From assembly GCA_964637795.1 (NCBI GenBank), contig CAZWWZ010000001.1:1-28694 (forward strand): 28,694 bases of DNA. The letters run 5' to 3'. The DNA is from an uncultured Candidatus Saccharibacteria bacterium (GTDB lineage Bacteria; Patescibacteriota; Minisyncoccia; UBA6257; 2-01-FULL-56-20). The notes beneath the pieces were generated by a model. That model was not told where the DNA came from, did no database searches, and saw nothing but the letters and a program-made list of their open reading frames with translations. Each line of letters starts with the position of its first letter. Within the stretch, counting starts at the first letter, position 1. Made by a program: the position numbers and the translations under genes. Positions 7,444 to 14,391 of the stretch are shown here, in pieces.

Positions 7444-7687
7444 AATTCAAGCTACACGTCCGAGCGAATTTGATCTCTTAAAGAAACATCCTCGCCGCGC
7501 TCAGTGCTCAAAATGCGGTTCGAAGAAAAGCCATACCAATCCGATGGCCCGATGCTGGGAATGCAAAAGAAAATTCTGCTACGACCATATTTGGGGCGGG
7601 CAGATCAATGACAGTATGGGGCAGAATGAAGAAATTCGAGATATATGCGATTCCTGCAAAAAGGCGAAAGGATATAGAAACCTATGA
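7424..7687 (+). CDS. Cys/His-rich zinc-finger protein
   Basis: CSKC...CWEC...CYDH...CDSC; overlaps the upstream gene. Confidence 0.65.
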   Translation: MKTQNTEIQATRPSEFDLLKKHPRRAQCSKCGSKKSHTNPMARCWECKRKFCYDHIWGGQINDSMGQNEEIRDICDSCKKAKGYRNL

Positions 7688-7697
7688 AATAATCTTG

Positions 7698-7770
7698 GTT
7701 TCTGATGTTGGCTTCGGACACAAGACCGCCATGTCCTTGTCCGAGGCCAATATCAGAAACAGGACATGGC
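7698..7770 (+). promoter_or_regulatory. RNA switch controlling translation of the rep-like gene
   Basis: 23-bp stem 7698-7720/7738-7760 (2 G-U pairs); loop gccatgtcct (7728-7737) is the exact complement of aggacATGgc (7761-7770). Confidence 0.75.
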
Positions 7771-8254
7771 AATGGAGAAAAAAGAGATCAGTAATTTTCA
7801 GGTTAAATATGGGAGGCGTACGCTGTATTTTGGCTTCGTTCAAACTCCGAACCTCCTCATACAAAATAAAAAAGCACTTGGCCTGACAACGTCCGAACTC
7901 TTTTTATTGCAATATCTCATGTCATACGGATCAGCTCATGAAATCGCTGATTGGGTATATCCCTCGCTAAAGGAGATGTCGAAAATGACCGGATTATCAA
8001 CAGGGACCATCCACGCAGCAAAGGATGGACTGGTAAATAAAGGATTTATCGAGATCCTTAAAAAGGAAAATCCTTATGGGACGAATTATTACAATCTTTT
8101 CCCCATTAGAGAAAAGCTAGAACATATCGCCACGCGGAAAATAGAACAGCAATTCGTGAATAAAAAAATGAACCAGAAAAAATACGATGAACTTATGGGA
8201 GATACATCTACAAAGGTCGCTAAAAAGTTCTTTGAAACGAATGAGGATGTTTAA
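7766..8254 (+). CDS. DnaD-N/HTH_36-like replication initiator candidate
   Basis: PNLLIQNKKALGLTTSELFLLQYL...YPSLKEMSKMTGLSTGTIHAAKDGLVNKGFIEI. Confidence 0.55.
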   Translation: MAMEKKEISNFQVKYGRRTLYFGFVQTPNLLIQNKKALGLTTSELFLLQYLMSYGSAHEIADWVYPSLKEMSKMTGLSTGTIHAAKDGLVNKGFIEILKKENPYGTNYYNLFPIREKLEHIATRKIEQQFVNKKMNQKKYDELMGDTSTKVAKKFFETNEDV

Positions 8255-8357
8255 TCTCTAAACAGCCCCCTATTCGCTCTCTAAATACTATCAATAAGTC
8301 TTAATATTCTTTCTTATAAGGGGGAAGGAACTTAAGAAAAACGAGCTGAAAGAAAAA

Positions 8358-8385
8358 TTGATAAAGATAAACCATTTGTTATAAT
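8358..8385 (+). promoter_or_regulatory. sigma70 promoter of the recombinase transcript
   Basis: TTGATA (8358-8363)-N16-TATAAT (8380-8385) with extended TG (8377-8378); predicted TSS ~8391-8392. Confidence 0.75.
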
Positions 8386-8391
8386 GATTAT

Positions 8392-8522
8392 GTTGATCCG
8401 TGCAGAAACTTATTCCGAGAGGTTTTTTATTAGGCAATGCTCCCTTAAAGCGGCGGTTTCTGCCAGCATTGCCACTCCTTTCGGAGCGACTGTGCGGATC
8501 AACCAGAGACCGTCGCTTTAAG
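8392..8522 (+). ncRNA. candidate structured 5' leader of the recombinase mRNA
   Basis: 14-bp closing stem 8392-8405/8490-8503; 9-bp stem 8433-8441/8465-8473; loop 8444-8462 is complementary (19 bp, 2 G-U) to 8504-8522. Confidence 0.7.
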
Positions 8523-8533
8523 TTTCTAAAAAT

Positions 8534-10318
8534 ATGAAAAATCAAAACAGTGATGGTATTAGATATATCGCATATTCCCGCAAGAGCACGGAAGGAGAAG
8601 ATCGGCAGGTATTGTCCCTTGATGACCAAAAGCGTGAGATTGAGGAAATAATCCGGCGCGACGATCTTAAGGTTGTCGAAAGCTACCTCGGTACGGGCCA
8701 CGGCGAGAGCTTCTCGGCCCATAAACGCGGCAGACTAATCTTCGGCCATGTCATGCAAGAGATAGAATCCGGCAAGGCAAACGGCTTGCTCGTGTGGCAT
8801 CCGAACCGCATCGCCCGCAATGCCTTTGACGGAGGATTGGTCATTACTCTCATGGACGAGGGTAAACTTGCTGAGATCAGAACGCCGTATCGCACCTACC
8901 AAAACACGCCAGACGACAAATTCTTCTTGCAGCTTGAGTTTGGTATGGCCAAAAAATCATCCGATGATAATGGAGTTGCCGTTAAGCGCGGCCTAAAGAC
9001 AAAAGTGCAGATGGGCTGGTATCCATGCCGCGCTCCCCTCGGCTATCAGAACACCATCATCAAAGGCAAGGGCTTGAATGAGATCGAAAAAGACCCTGAA
9101 CGGTTCGATATCGTTAGGCGGATGTGGGATATGATGCTCACCGGCAACTACACGCCACCGCAGATTATGAGGATCGCCAACGAGGAATGGCATTTCAAAA
9201 CACGGCCCACAAAACGCCATAAAGGGCTAAAACCTTTGGGCCGAAGCAATCTCTATAAGATATTTACCAACCCCTTTTATTACGGCTGGTTCTCCTACGG
9301 CAGGCCAGCGCAACTCTATAAAGGCACGCACGAGCCGATGATCACCGAAGAGGAATTCGATCGCGTACAAAAAATTCTTGGCAAAGATGGCAAGCCGCGG
9401 CCGCAGACCCATCGTTTCGCCTTCACGGGATTGATGAGATGCGGGAATTGCGGAGCAATGATAACGGCTGAGGAGAAAATGAAGCGGCAACAGAACGGTA
9501 ACATCCATCACTACATTTACTATCACTGCACCAAACGGAAGGATGAAAACTGCACCGAAAAAATGGTCGAATTGAAGAACTTGGATGCGCAGATCGACGT
9601 GCTCGTAAAACACCTTGCCATTTCCGATAAATTCAAAGGCTGGGCCATTAAGTATCTCCACGAAATCCGACAGAACGAGGCAGTAAGTAATCAAGAGATA
9701 TTTGAGAGCAAACAGAAACAGCTTGCGCGGATCACCGACCAGCTTCAAAGCTTACTTTTGAAATACACGTCACCGGAGAACGCTAATGAGGAGATTATGA
9801 CCGCGCAGGAGCTTCAGACGCTCAAGGGCGGCCTCTTAAAACAGAAATCTGCCCTTGAGAACGATGTTGCCACGCAAGGCAAGGCCATTGAGGAATGGGT
9901 TACATTAAGTGAACGAACATTCAACTTCGCCCGCTATGCCAAGATATGGTTCGACAATGGCACGATGGACACGAAACGGGCCGTCTTAGCAGCCCTCGGT
10001 TCGAACCTCCTTATCAAAGACCAAAAACTCAACGTAGAGCTGTATCCTTTCTATCAAGTGATCTTCGACAACGTCGAAAAGGTGGAAAAAGAATTACTCA
10101 AGGTTCGAACCTCGGAAAATATAACGAACAAAAGGCAAATCGCCGCAATTTTGGCGAAATGTCCTACCTTGCGGAGGCGGAAGGATTCGAACCTTCGAGG
10201 GGATTTCTCCCCTAACATCTTAGCAGGATGCTGCCTTCAGCCACTCGGCCACGCCTCCATGTCGAACATTCCGAAGTCTAACGGAAAAACGCCATCTTTT
10301 CAATGCTCCAAGTTCTGA
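8534..10318 (+). CDS. large serine recombinase (resolvase + recombinase + Zn-ribbon + coiled coil); 3' end reads antisense through tRNA-Ser
   Basis: YSRKSTE catalytic motif, HPNRIARN, GWYPCRAPLGY, GTHEPMIT.EEFDRVQ, FTGLMRCGNCG...YYHC. Confidence 0.95.
   Translation: MKNQNSDGIRYIAYSRKSTEGEDRQVLSLDDQKREIEEIIRRDDLKVVESYLGTGHGESFSAHKRGRLIFGHVMQEIESGKANGLLVWHPNRIARNAFDGGLVITLMDEGKLAEIRTPYRTYQNTPDDKFFLQLEFGMAKKSSDDNGVAVKRGLKTKVQMGWYPCRAPLGYQNTIIKGKGLNEIEKDPERFDIVRRMWDMMLTGNYTPPQIMRIANEEWHFKTRPTKRHKGLKPLGRSNLYKIFTNPFYYGWFSYGRPAQLYKGTHEPMITEEEFDRVQKILGKDGKPRPQTHRFAFTGLMRCGNCGAMITAEEKMKRQQNGNIHHYIYYHCTKRKDENCTEKMVELKNLDAQIDVLVKHLAISDKFKGWAIKYLHEIRQNEAVSNQEIFESKQKQLARITDQLQSLLLKYTSPENANEEIMTAQELQTLKGGLLKQKSALENDVATQGKAIEEWVTLSERTFNFARYAKIWFDNGTMDTKRAVLAALGSNLLIKDQKLNVELYPFYQVIFDNVEKVEKELLKVRTSENITNKRQIAAILAKCPTLRRRKDSNLRGDFSPNILAGCCLQPLGHASMSNIPKSNGKTPSFQCSKF
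10172..10258 (-). tRNA. tRNA-Ser(GCT)
   Basis: Acceptor GGAGGCG/CGCCTCC, G discriminator, anticodon loop CT-GCT-AA, long variable arm, TTCGAAT T-loop; no encoded CCA. Confidence 0.97.
10275..10303 (-). promoter_or_regulatory. tRNA-Ser promoter
   Basis: TTGAAA-N17-TAGACT on the minus strand. Confidence 0.6.
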
Positions 10319-10321
10319 GCT

Positions 10322-11515
10322 ATGATGTCTTTTGAAATGACCGAAGATCAAGAATCATCCGAACATCCATCACCCAAAAATTTCCATCGCGTCGCAATCA
10401 GGATTTTTCGCATAACGTTGTATTTTTTTGCCGCAGTGGGCCTCTTTTTGACAGGGGGCTACCTGGCGGTGCGTTTCCACCTTACGGATGTAGGTGGTTC
10501 GACGGATCCGAATGACCGCTATTTCGCCGACCTTCAGAATAAAAATGCGGCGGATACTGTTTCCCAAACTGCAACCGGCACGGCATCTTTTGAAGAACTC
10601 GATCTTTGGTGCAAGCTGGCGGCGGTAAAAAACAATGACCCGGCAGACGCCGCCCGGGTTCTCGGTGCTTATCACGAAACCGATTCGTACACGCTTGCAC
10701 TTCGCATGGTGGAAAGCATCGGCGAACACTTCGCGACAGGAACGCCGCTCATGACAGCCTTTCAATCATGCGATGCTGAATGGCTGAATGTAAGCCTCAA
10801 CGCAAACGAAACACCAACGAGCTCGAATGTCGACGCAAGCGGCACGCCGAGCATCTATGCCTGGGTAAACACGCCGGAATGGGCGACGCTCAAAGCAGCA
10901 ATCACGAAGGATGCGCCGATGATCAATCAGGTTGCGACGGAGACCGGAGTCGGGCCACGCCTGATCACGGCACAGCTTATCGGCGAACAATTGCGGCTCT
11001 ACAACACCGAACGCGAGCTCTATAAGTCGGCGTTCGCGCCCCTGAATATTCTCGGCAGCGAAACGCAGTTCTCGCTCGGCGTCGCCGGCATCAAGACAGA
11101 GACTGCGGTCGAGGTCGAGGAAAATCTTGAGGATCCATCGTCCGATTATTATCCCGGCCCATCTTATGCGCATCTGCTCGATTTCACGACCGCAGATCAC
11201 GACGCTGAACGGTACGACCGCATCACCGACCAGCACAACCATTACTATGCCTACCTCTATGACGCGCTCTTCATTAAAGAGGTTGAGGCTCAGTGGGTAA
11301 AAGCAGGATATGATATCTCAAACCGGCCGGAGATCATAAGTACGCTCTACAACCTCGGATTCGCTGGCTCGCATCCGAACGCCGATCCCCACGTCGGCGG
11401 AACCATGATTACGATCGGCGGTACAAATTACACCTTCGGCTCACTTGGCTACGAGTTTTACTATTCCGGCGAGTTGGAAGACGCCATCCCCTACACAACG
11501 CCAGAGAAGGCTTAG
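10322..11515 (+). CDS. membrane-anchored protein with lysozyme/SLT-like C-terminal domain
   Basis: N-terminal TM; INQVATETGVGPRLITAQLIGEQ, SLGVAGIK and TLYNLG resemble SLT motifs I-III. Confidence 0.5.
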   Translation: MMSFEMTEDQESSEHPSPKNFHRVAIRIFRITLYFFAAVGLFLTGGYLAVRFHLTDVGGSTDPNDRYFADLQNKNAADTVSQTATGTASFEELDLWCKLAAVKNNDPADAARVLGAYHETDSYTLALRMVESIGEHFATGTPLMTAFQSCDAEWLNVSLNANETPTSSNVDASGTPSIYAWVNTPEWATLKAAITKDAPMINQVATETGVGPRLITAQLIGEQLRLYNTERELYKSAFAPLNILGSETQFSLGVAGIKTETAVEVEENLEDPSSDYYPGPSYAHLLDFTTADHDAERYDRITDQHNHYYAYLYDALFIKEVEAQWVKAGYDISNRPEIISTLYNLGFAGSHPNADPHVGGTMITIGGTNYTFGSLGYEFYYSGELEDAIPYTTPEKA

Positions 11516-11558
11516 CGACACTCGAACGATTTCAAAGCACGCATATCGATAAATTTCC

Positions 11559-11831
11559 TTATGGATTGGAACAGATGCCCAATCCTCCCGGAGCGCCAAC
11601 GCTCCCTTTCGGAACAAGCCCACCACAACACTGAGATGGCAGACCTTGCGCACCTATGGCTTGCCCTAGTTTTGCGCAAGAATAAACAGCCTGTCCGCTA
11701 GACGATGCCTGACCTGCCGGATCGATAGTTTGGACAAAAGATGCTGATGGCTTATTCACCGCGTAATACCAAATTCCCGCGACTATTACGATTAATACAA
11801 CAATGACCGTTATGAGCCTCGTTTTATTCAT
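11559..11831 (-). CDS. small membrane-anchored/secreted Cys-rich protein
   Basis: Hydrophobic N-terminus; C-terminal C...CC.GL...C motif. Confidence 0.65.
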   Translation of the reverse strand: MNKTRLITVIVVLIVIVAGIWYYAVNKPSASFVQTIDPAGQASSSGQAVYSCAKLGQAIGAQGLPSQCCGGLVPKGSVGAPGGLGICSNP

Positions 11832-11884
11832 ATTCGTAAGTTACCCGATTCCACTCAATATTCATAATTTGATTATACCATTTG

Positions 11885-11967
11885 TGCCCGGGGTGGGATT
11901 CGGACCCACAAACCCTTTCGGGTCAAGGATTTTAAGTCCTCTGCGTAAACCATTCCGCCACCCGGGC
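11885..11967 (-). tRNA. tRNA-Leu(TAA), T-loop variant TCCGAAT
   Basis: Acceptor GCCCGGG/CCCGGGC, anticodon loop CT-TAA-AA, long variable arm, A discriminator. Confidence 0.93.
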
Positions 11968-11990
11968 ATAATTTTTTTATATTATAACCC

Positions 11991-12154
11991 AGTGTCCGAT
12001 TCTAAAATAGGCATTAGAATTATCGCGAGGATTTTATGAGCGAAAACCGAGAACTTCCGACGAAGGAATAGCGGCGCTCTTTCGAGGAGGAATTCTCGGT
12101 TTGCAGCCAGAAAAGACCGCGATAATTCAATGACCTATTTTAGAATCGGACGCT
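11991..12154. repeat. 164-bp element with 37-bp terminal inverted repeats (MITE/REP-like)
   Basis: Arms 11991-12027 / 12118-12154 (18-bp perfect run); inner stem 12044-12058/12089-12102. Confidence 0.8.
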
Positions 12155-12156
12155 AG

Positions 12157-12228
<72 letters not shown>

Positions 12229-12321
12229 GTTAGAACCCATCTTACTGAAATTCGGAGCGGAAATCCAGCTACCTCGCGCGTTTATTCAACTGAATGAACA
12301 CGCAATATGCTTCTTGTATTA

Positions 12322-12352
12322 AAAAAATACCCCGTTTTACGGGGTATTTTTT
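12322..12352. terminator. bidirectional intrinsic terminator after rpsR
   Basis: aaaaaataccccg-tttta-cggggtatttttt. Confidence 0.85.
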
Positions 12353-12551
12353 ATTTGCGCACATAAGGCAAGAGCGCCATGAATCGCGCGCGCTTGATGG
12401 CCTGCGCAAGCTTCCGCTGATGCTTGGCGCAGATACCGGTATGCTGAGGATCGATGATCTTCGCCTGGCTTGAAACAAAACGCCGGAGAAGATCGACTTC
12501 CTTATAATCGATGTTATTGAGATTTTGGGAACAGAAAAAGCACTGGGTCAT
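12351..12551 (-). CDS. rpsR: 30S ribosomal protein S18 (Zn-binding C+ type)
   Basis: CFFC...IDYK.V.LL.RFVS..AKI......[24 protein letters not shown]. Confidence 0.97.
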   Translation of the reverse strand: MTQCFFCSQNLNNIDYKEVDLLRRFVSSQAKIIDPQHTGICAKHQRKLAQAIKRARFMALLPYVRK

Positions 12552-12561
12552 AATGATAGGT

Positions 12562-13137
12562 TTATACCTTTTTTACCTGCAAAGAGTCAAGTTCGACCGC
12601 GGTATCTCTGCCAAAGATGGGGACAAGCACCTTGACGCTGCCTTTCTCTTCGTTCACTTCCGCAACTTTCCCGTCATAATCCTTGAAAGGACCGTCGGTG
12701 ATCTTCACGAGATCGCCAACCTGAAGATCAATGATCATCCGCTCCTCGTGATTATCGGACCGTGAGAGAAGCGCATCCACCTCATCCCGTGACAGCGGCG
12801 TCGGTGTCGTATTATCAGGACCGACAAATCCCGTCACGCGCGGCGTATTCCGAACCACGTACCACGAATCTTCCGTAAGGATCATCTCGACGAGCACATA
12901 GCCGGGAAAGATCTTTTCCTCGATCGTCGTGCGGCGGCCGCCTTTCACTTTAACCTTCTTTTCTTTCGGGACGAGAATGTTGAATATCTTATCGCCCATC
13001 GCAAGCGACTCCACGCGCTGTTTCAAATATCGCGCAACAGCCTCTTCGTAGCCCGAATAGGTCTGTACGGCATACCACTGCCGCGATTTTGCTTTTTCCG
13101 CCTGTGCCCCTTGGGGCAAAATGTGCGCCGGTGTCAT
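12562..13137 (-). CDS. nusG: transcription termination/antitermination factor NusG
   Basis: [36 protein letters not shown] motif [12 protein letters not shown]. Confidence 0.97.
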   Translation of the reverse strand: MTPAHILPQGAQAEKAKSRQWYAVQTYSGYEEAVARYLKQRVESLAMGDKIFNILVPKEKKVKVKGGRRTTIEEKIFPGYVLVEMILTEDSWYVVRNTPRVTGFVGPDNTTPTPLSRDEVDALLSRSDNHEERMIIDLQVGDLVKITDGPFKDYDGKVAEVNEEKGSVKVLVPIFGRDTAVELDSLQVKKV

Positions 13138-13148
13138 GAATTTATGTT

Positions 13149-13334
13149 TTAAGGAGTGATGGCCGCCTTAAGAAGTGTCGTAAAAAGATAATCAAAAAGA
13201 CCCAAAAAGACCGCGAGTCCAAGGGACATCCCGATCACAACGCTCGTGAGTCGAATCGCCTCTTGCCGCGTCGGCCAATTGACATGGCGCAGCTCGGTCC
13301 ACGACTCCGTGAAAAATCTTTTAATGCGCTGCAT
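13149..13334 (-). CDS. secE: preprotein translocase subunit SecE
   Basis: FF.ESW.EL..V.WPTR.E...LT.VV plus a single TM, upstream of nusG. Confidence 0.95.
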   Translation of the reverse strand: MQRIKRFFTESWTELRHVNWPTRQEAIRLTSVVIGMSLGLAVFLGLFDYLFTTLLKAAITP

Positions 13335-13342
13335 ATCCGTAA

Positions 13343-13371
13343 TTTATAGCAAAAAAATGCAGAGTATGCAA
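13343..13371 (-). promoter_or_regulatory. secE-nusG-rpsR promoter
   Basis: TTGCAT-N17-TATAAA, 8 nt before the ATG. Confidence 0.65.
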
Positions 13372-13470
13372 GTATCTTATCTTCTCATTGACTATTGAGC
13401 CAAATGAATGCAAAAAACACCCGCTACCCTGGATTGATCAAACCGTAACGTCTCGAAAACTTCCGACGAA

Positions 13471-14280
13471 TCACCTCTCCTTATTTTCTATTGGTACGAA
13501 CATAATCTCATTGGGTAGGATAAATAGCCTACATAAGACCGGGTAAAGAAAGTGTATTAACCATAAAATATGGATCTTTTTGATTATTTTTAAGGTAACT
13601 ATCTTTAACTTTCCACCAGAAAATTGTTCATTTGGCGGCATGTCAATCTGAGAAGGAAACATTACCTTTGTTCTTAAACCTGCCATTTTTGCCGCCCTTT
13701 CATAATCTCCGAGTGAATAAGAATGGTCATTATATCCTTTTTGATGGGCATCCGTATGATCGCTTGCTTCAAAAACCGATCTTTTGGTTTCATTAAACGC
13801 CAACATAATGCCATCGTTCTTCAAAACCCTCTTCGCCTCCGTAAATACTTGGCGAAGATCATCGGCGTGATGCAGAGCGCTTTTCACAAAAATGATATCT
13901 GCCACGTGATCCTTGAACGGCAACACCTGCATCGTACATTCCGCGCGAAACAAGTTGTTTGGTTTTTCTCCCCAGACTATTTGCGGAAATAAAAACAAAT
14001 CCGTCTCAAAAACTAAAGCATGCTTATAAGTATGAGCTAGGTGATATGACAAAAAACCTAATCCGGCACCAAGTTCAATGACCACTGAATCTTCTCTAAC
14101 GTACCCAGAGATGTCCCTCAGAACCGCTAGATGTTCAGTTTGTTGTCTTTCGGGCCAATCCCGAGACATGGAAAATTTCCTTCCCTCCCACTCTCTACGA
14201 GTTGCTTCCCGTTCAACCATGGCGGCCTTCGATAAGACGACCTCACTCTGGTTTACATTAAAAATAGGATTGTCACTCAT
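13471..14280 (-). CDS. class I SAM-dependent methyltransferase
   Basis: VIELGAGLG motif I; LPFKDHVADIIFVKSALHH; RVLKNDG. Confidence 0.85.
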   Translation of the reverse strand: MSDNPIFNVNQSEVVLSKAAMVEREATRREWEGRKFSMSRDWPERQQTEHLAVLRDISGYVREDSVVIELGAGLGFLSYHLAHTYKHALVFETDLFLFPQIVWGEKPNNLFRAECTMQVLPFKDHVADIIFVKSALHHADDLRQVFTEAKRVLKNDGIMLAFNETKRSVFEASDHTDAHQKGYNDHSYSLGDYERAAKMAGLRTKVMFPSQIDMPPNEQFSGGKLKIVTLKIIKKIHILWLIHFLYPVLCRLFILPNEIMFVPIENKER

Positions 14281-14391
14281 AATTCTTATACTTAATAAGA
14301 CAAGGTATGATCGTACAACATAAACCGATAAAGTACGTATCTCTATCGAGTAAAATTTACCGATATTTGCATCGGGATATGAATCAAACCA

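Larger units (their letters stand above)
350..10176. mobile_element. ~9.8 kb integrative element (large serine recombinase) in tRNA-Ser(GCT); outer limit 168-10186 if the 18-bp repeat is the boundary
   Basis: Recombinase abuts and overlaps the tRNA 3' end; tRNA-end repeats lie at the far side; core plus TA/defence-like cargo; visibly more AT-rich than the gyrB-ftsK region. Confidence 0.85.

Noticed and set aside
6024-7737. Trans-pairing between the cargo leader (6024-6034) and the rep-switch loop (7727-7737), 11 nt with 2 G-U
   Set aside because: Short, and buried in the receptor stem; plausible by chance without covariation data.
8217-8285. Iterons (tctctaaa x2, tcgctaaa)
   Set aside because: Only 8 bp, irregular spacing, AT-rich background.
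8392-8522. Bridge-RNA-like guide for the recombinase
   Set aside because: No loop match to either att arm beyond ~7 nt, and the enzyme is a serine recombinase, not an IS110 DEDD type.
8291-9748. Minus-strand ORFs 8291-8722, 8683-8895, 8993-9220, 9227-9748
   Set aside because: Antisense shadows of the recombinase and its leader, with no motifs.
350-10176. Calling the island a prophage or ICE
   Set aside because: No capsid, terminase, tail, relaxase or T4SS gene is recognisable.
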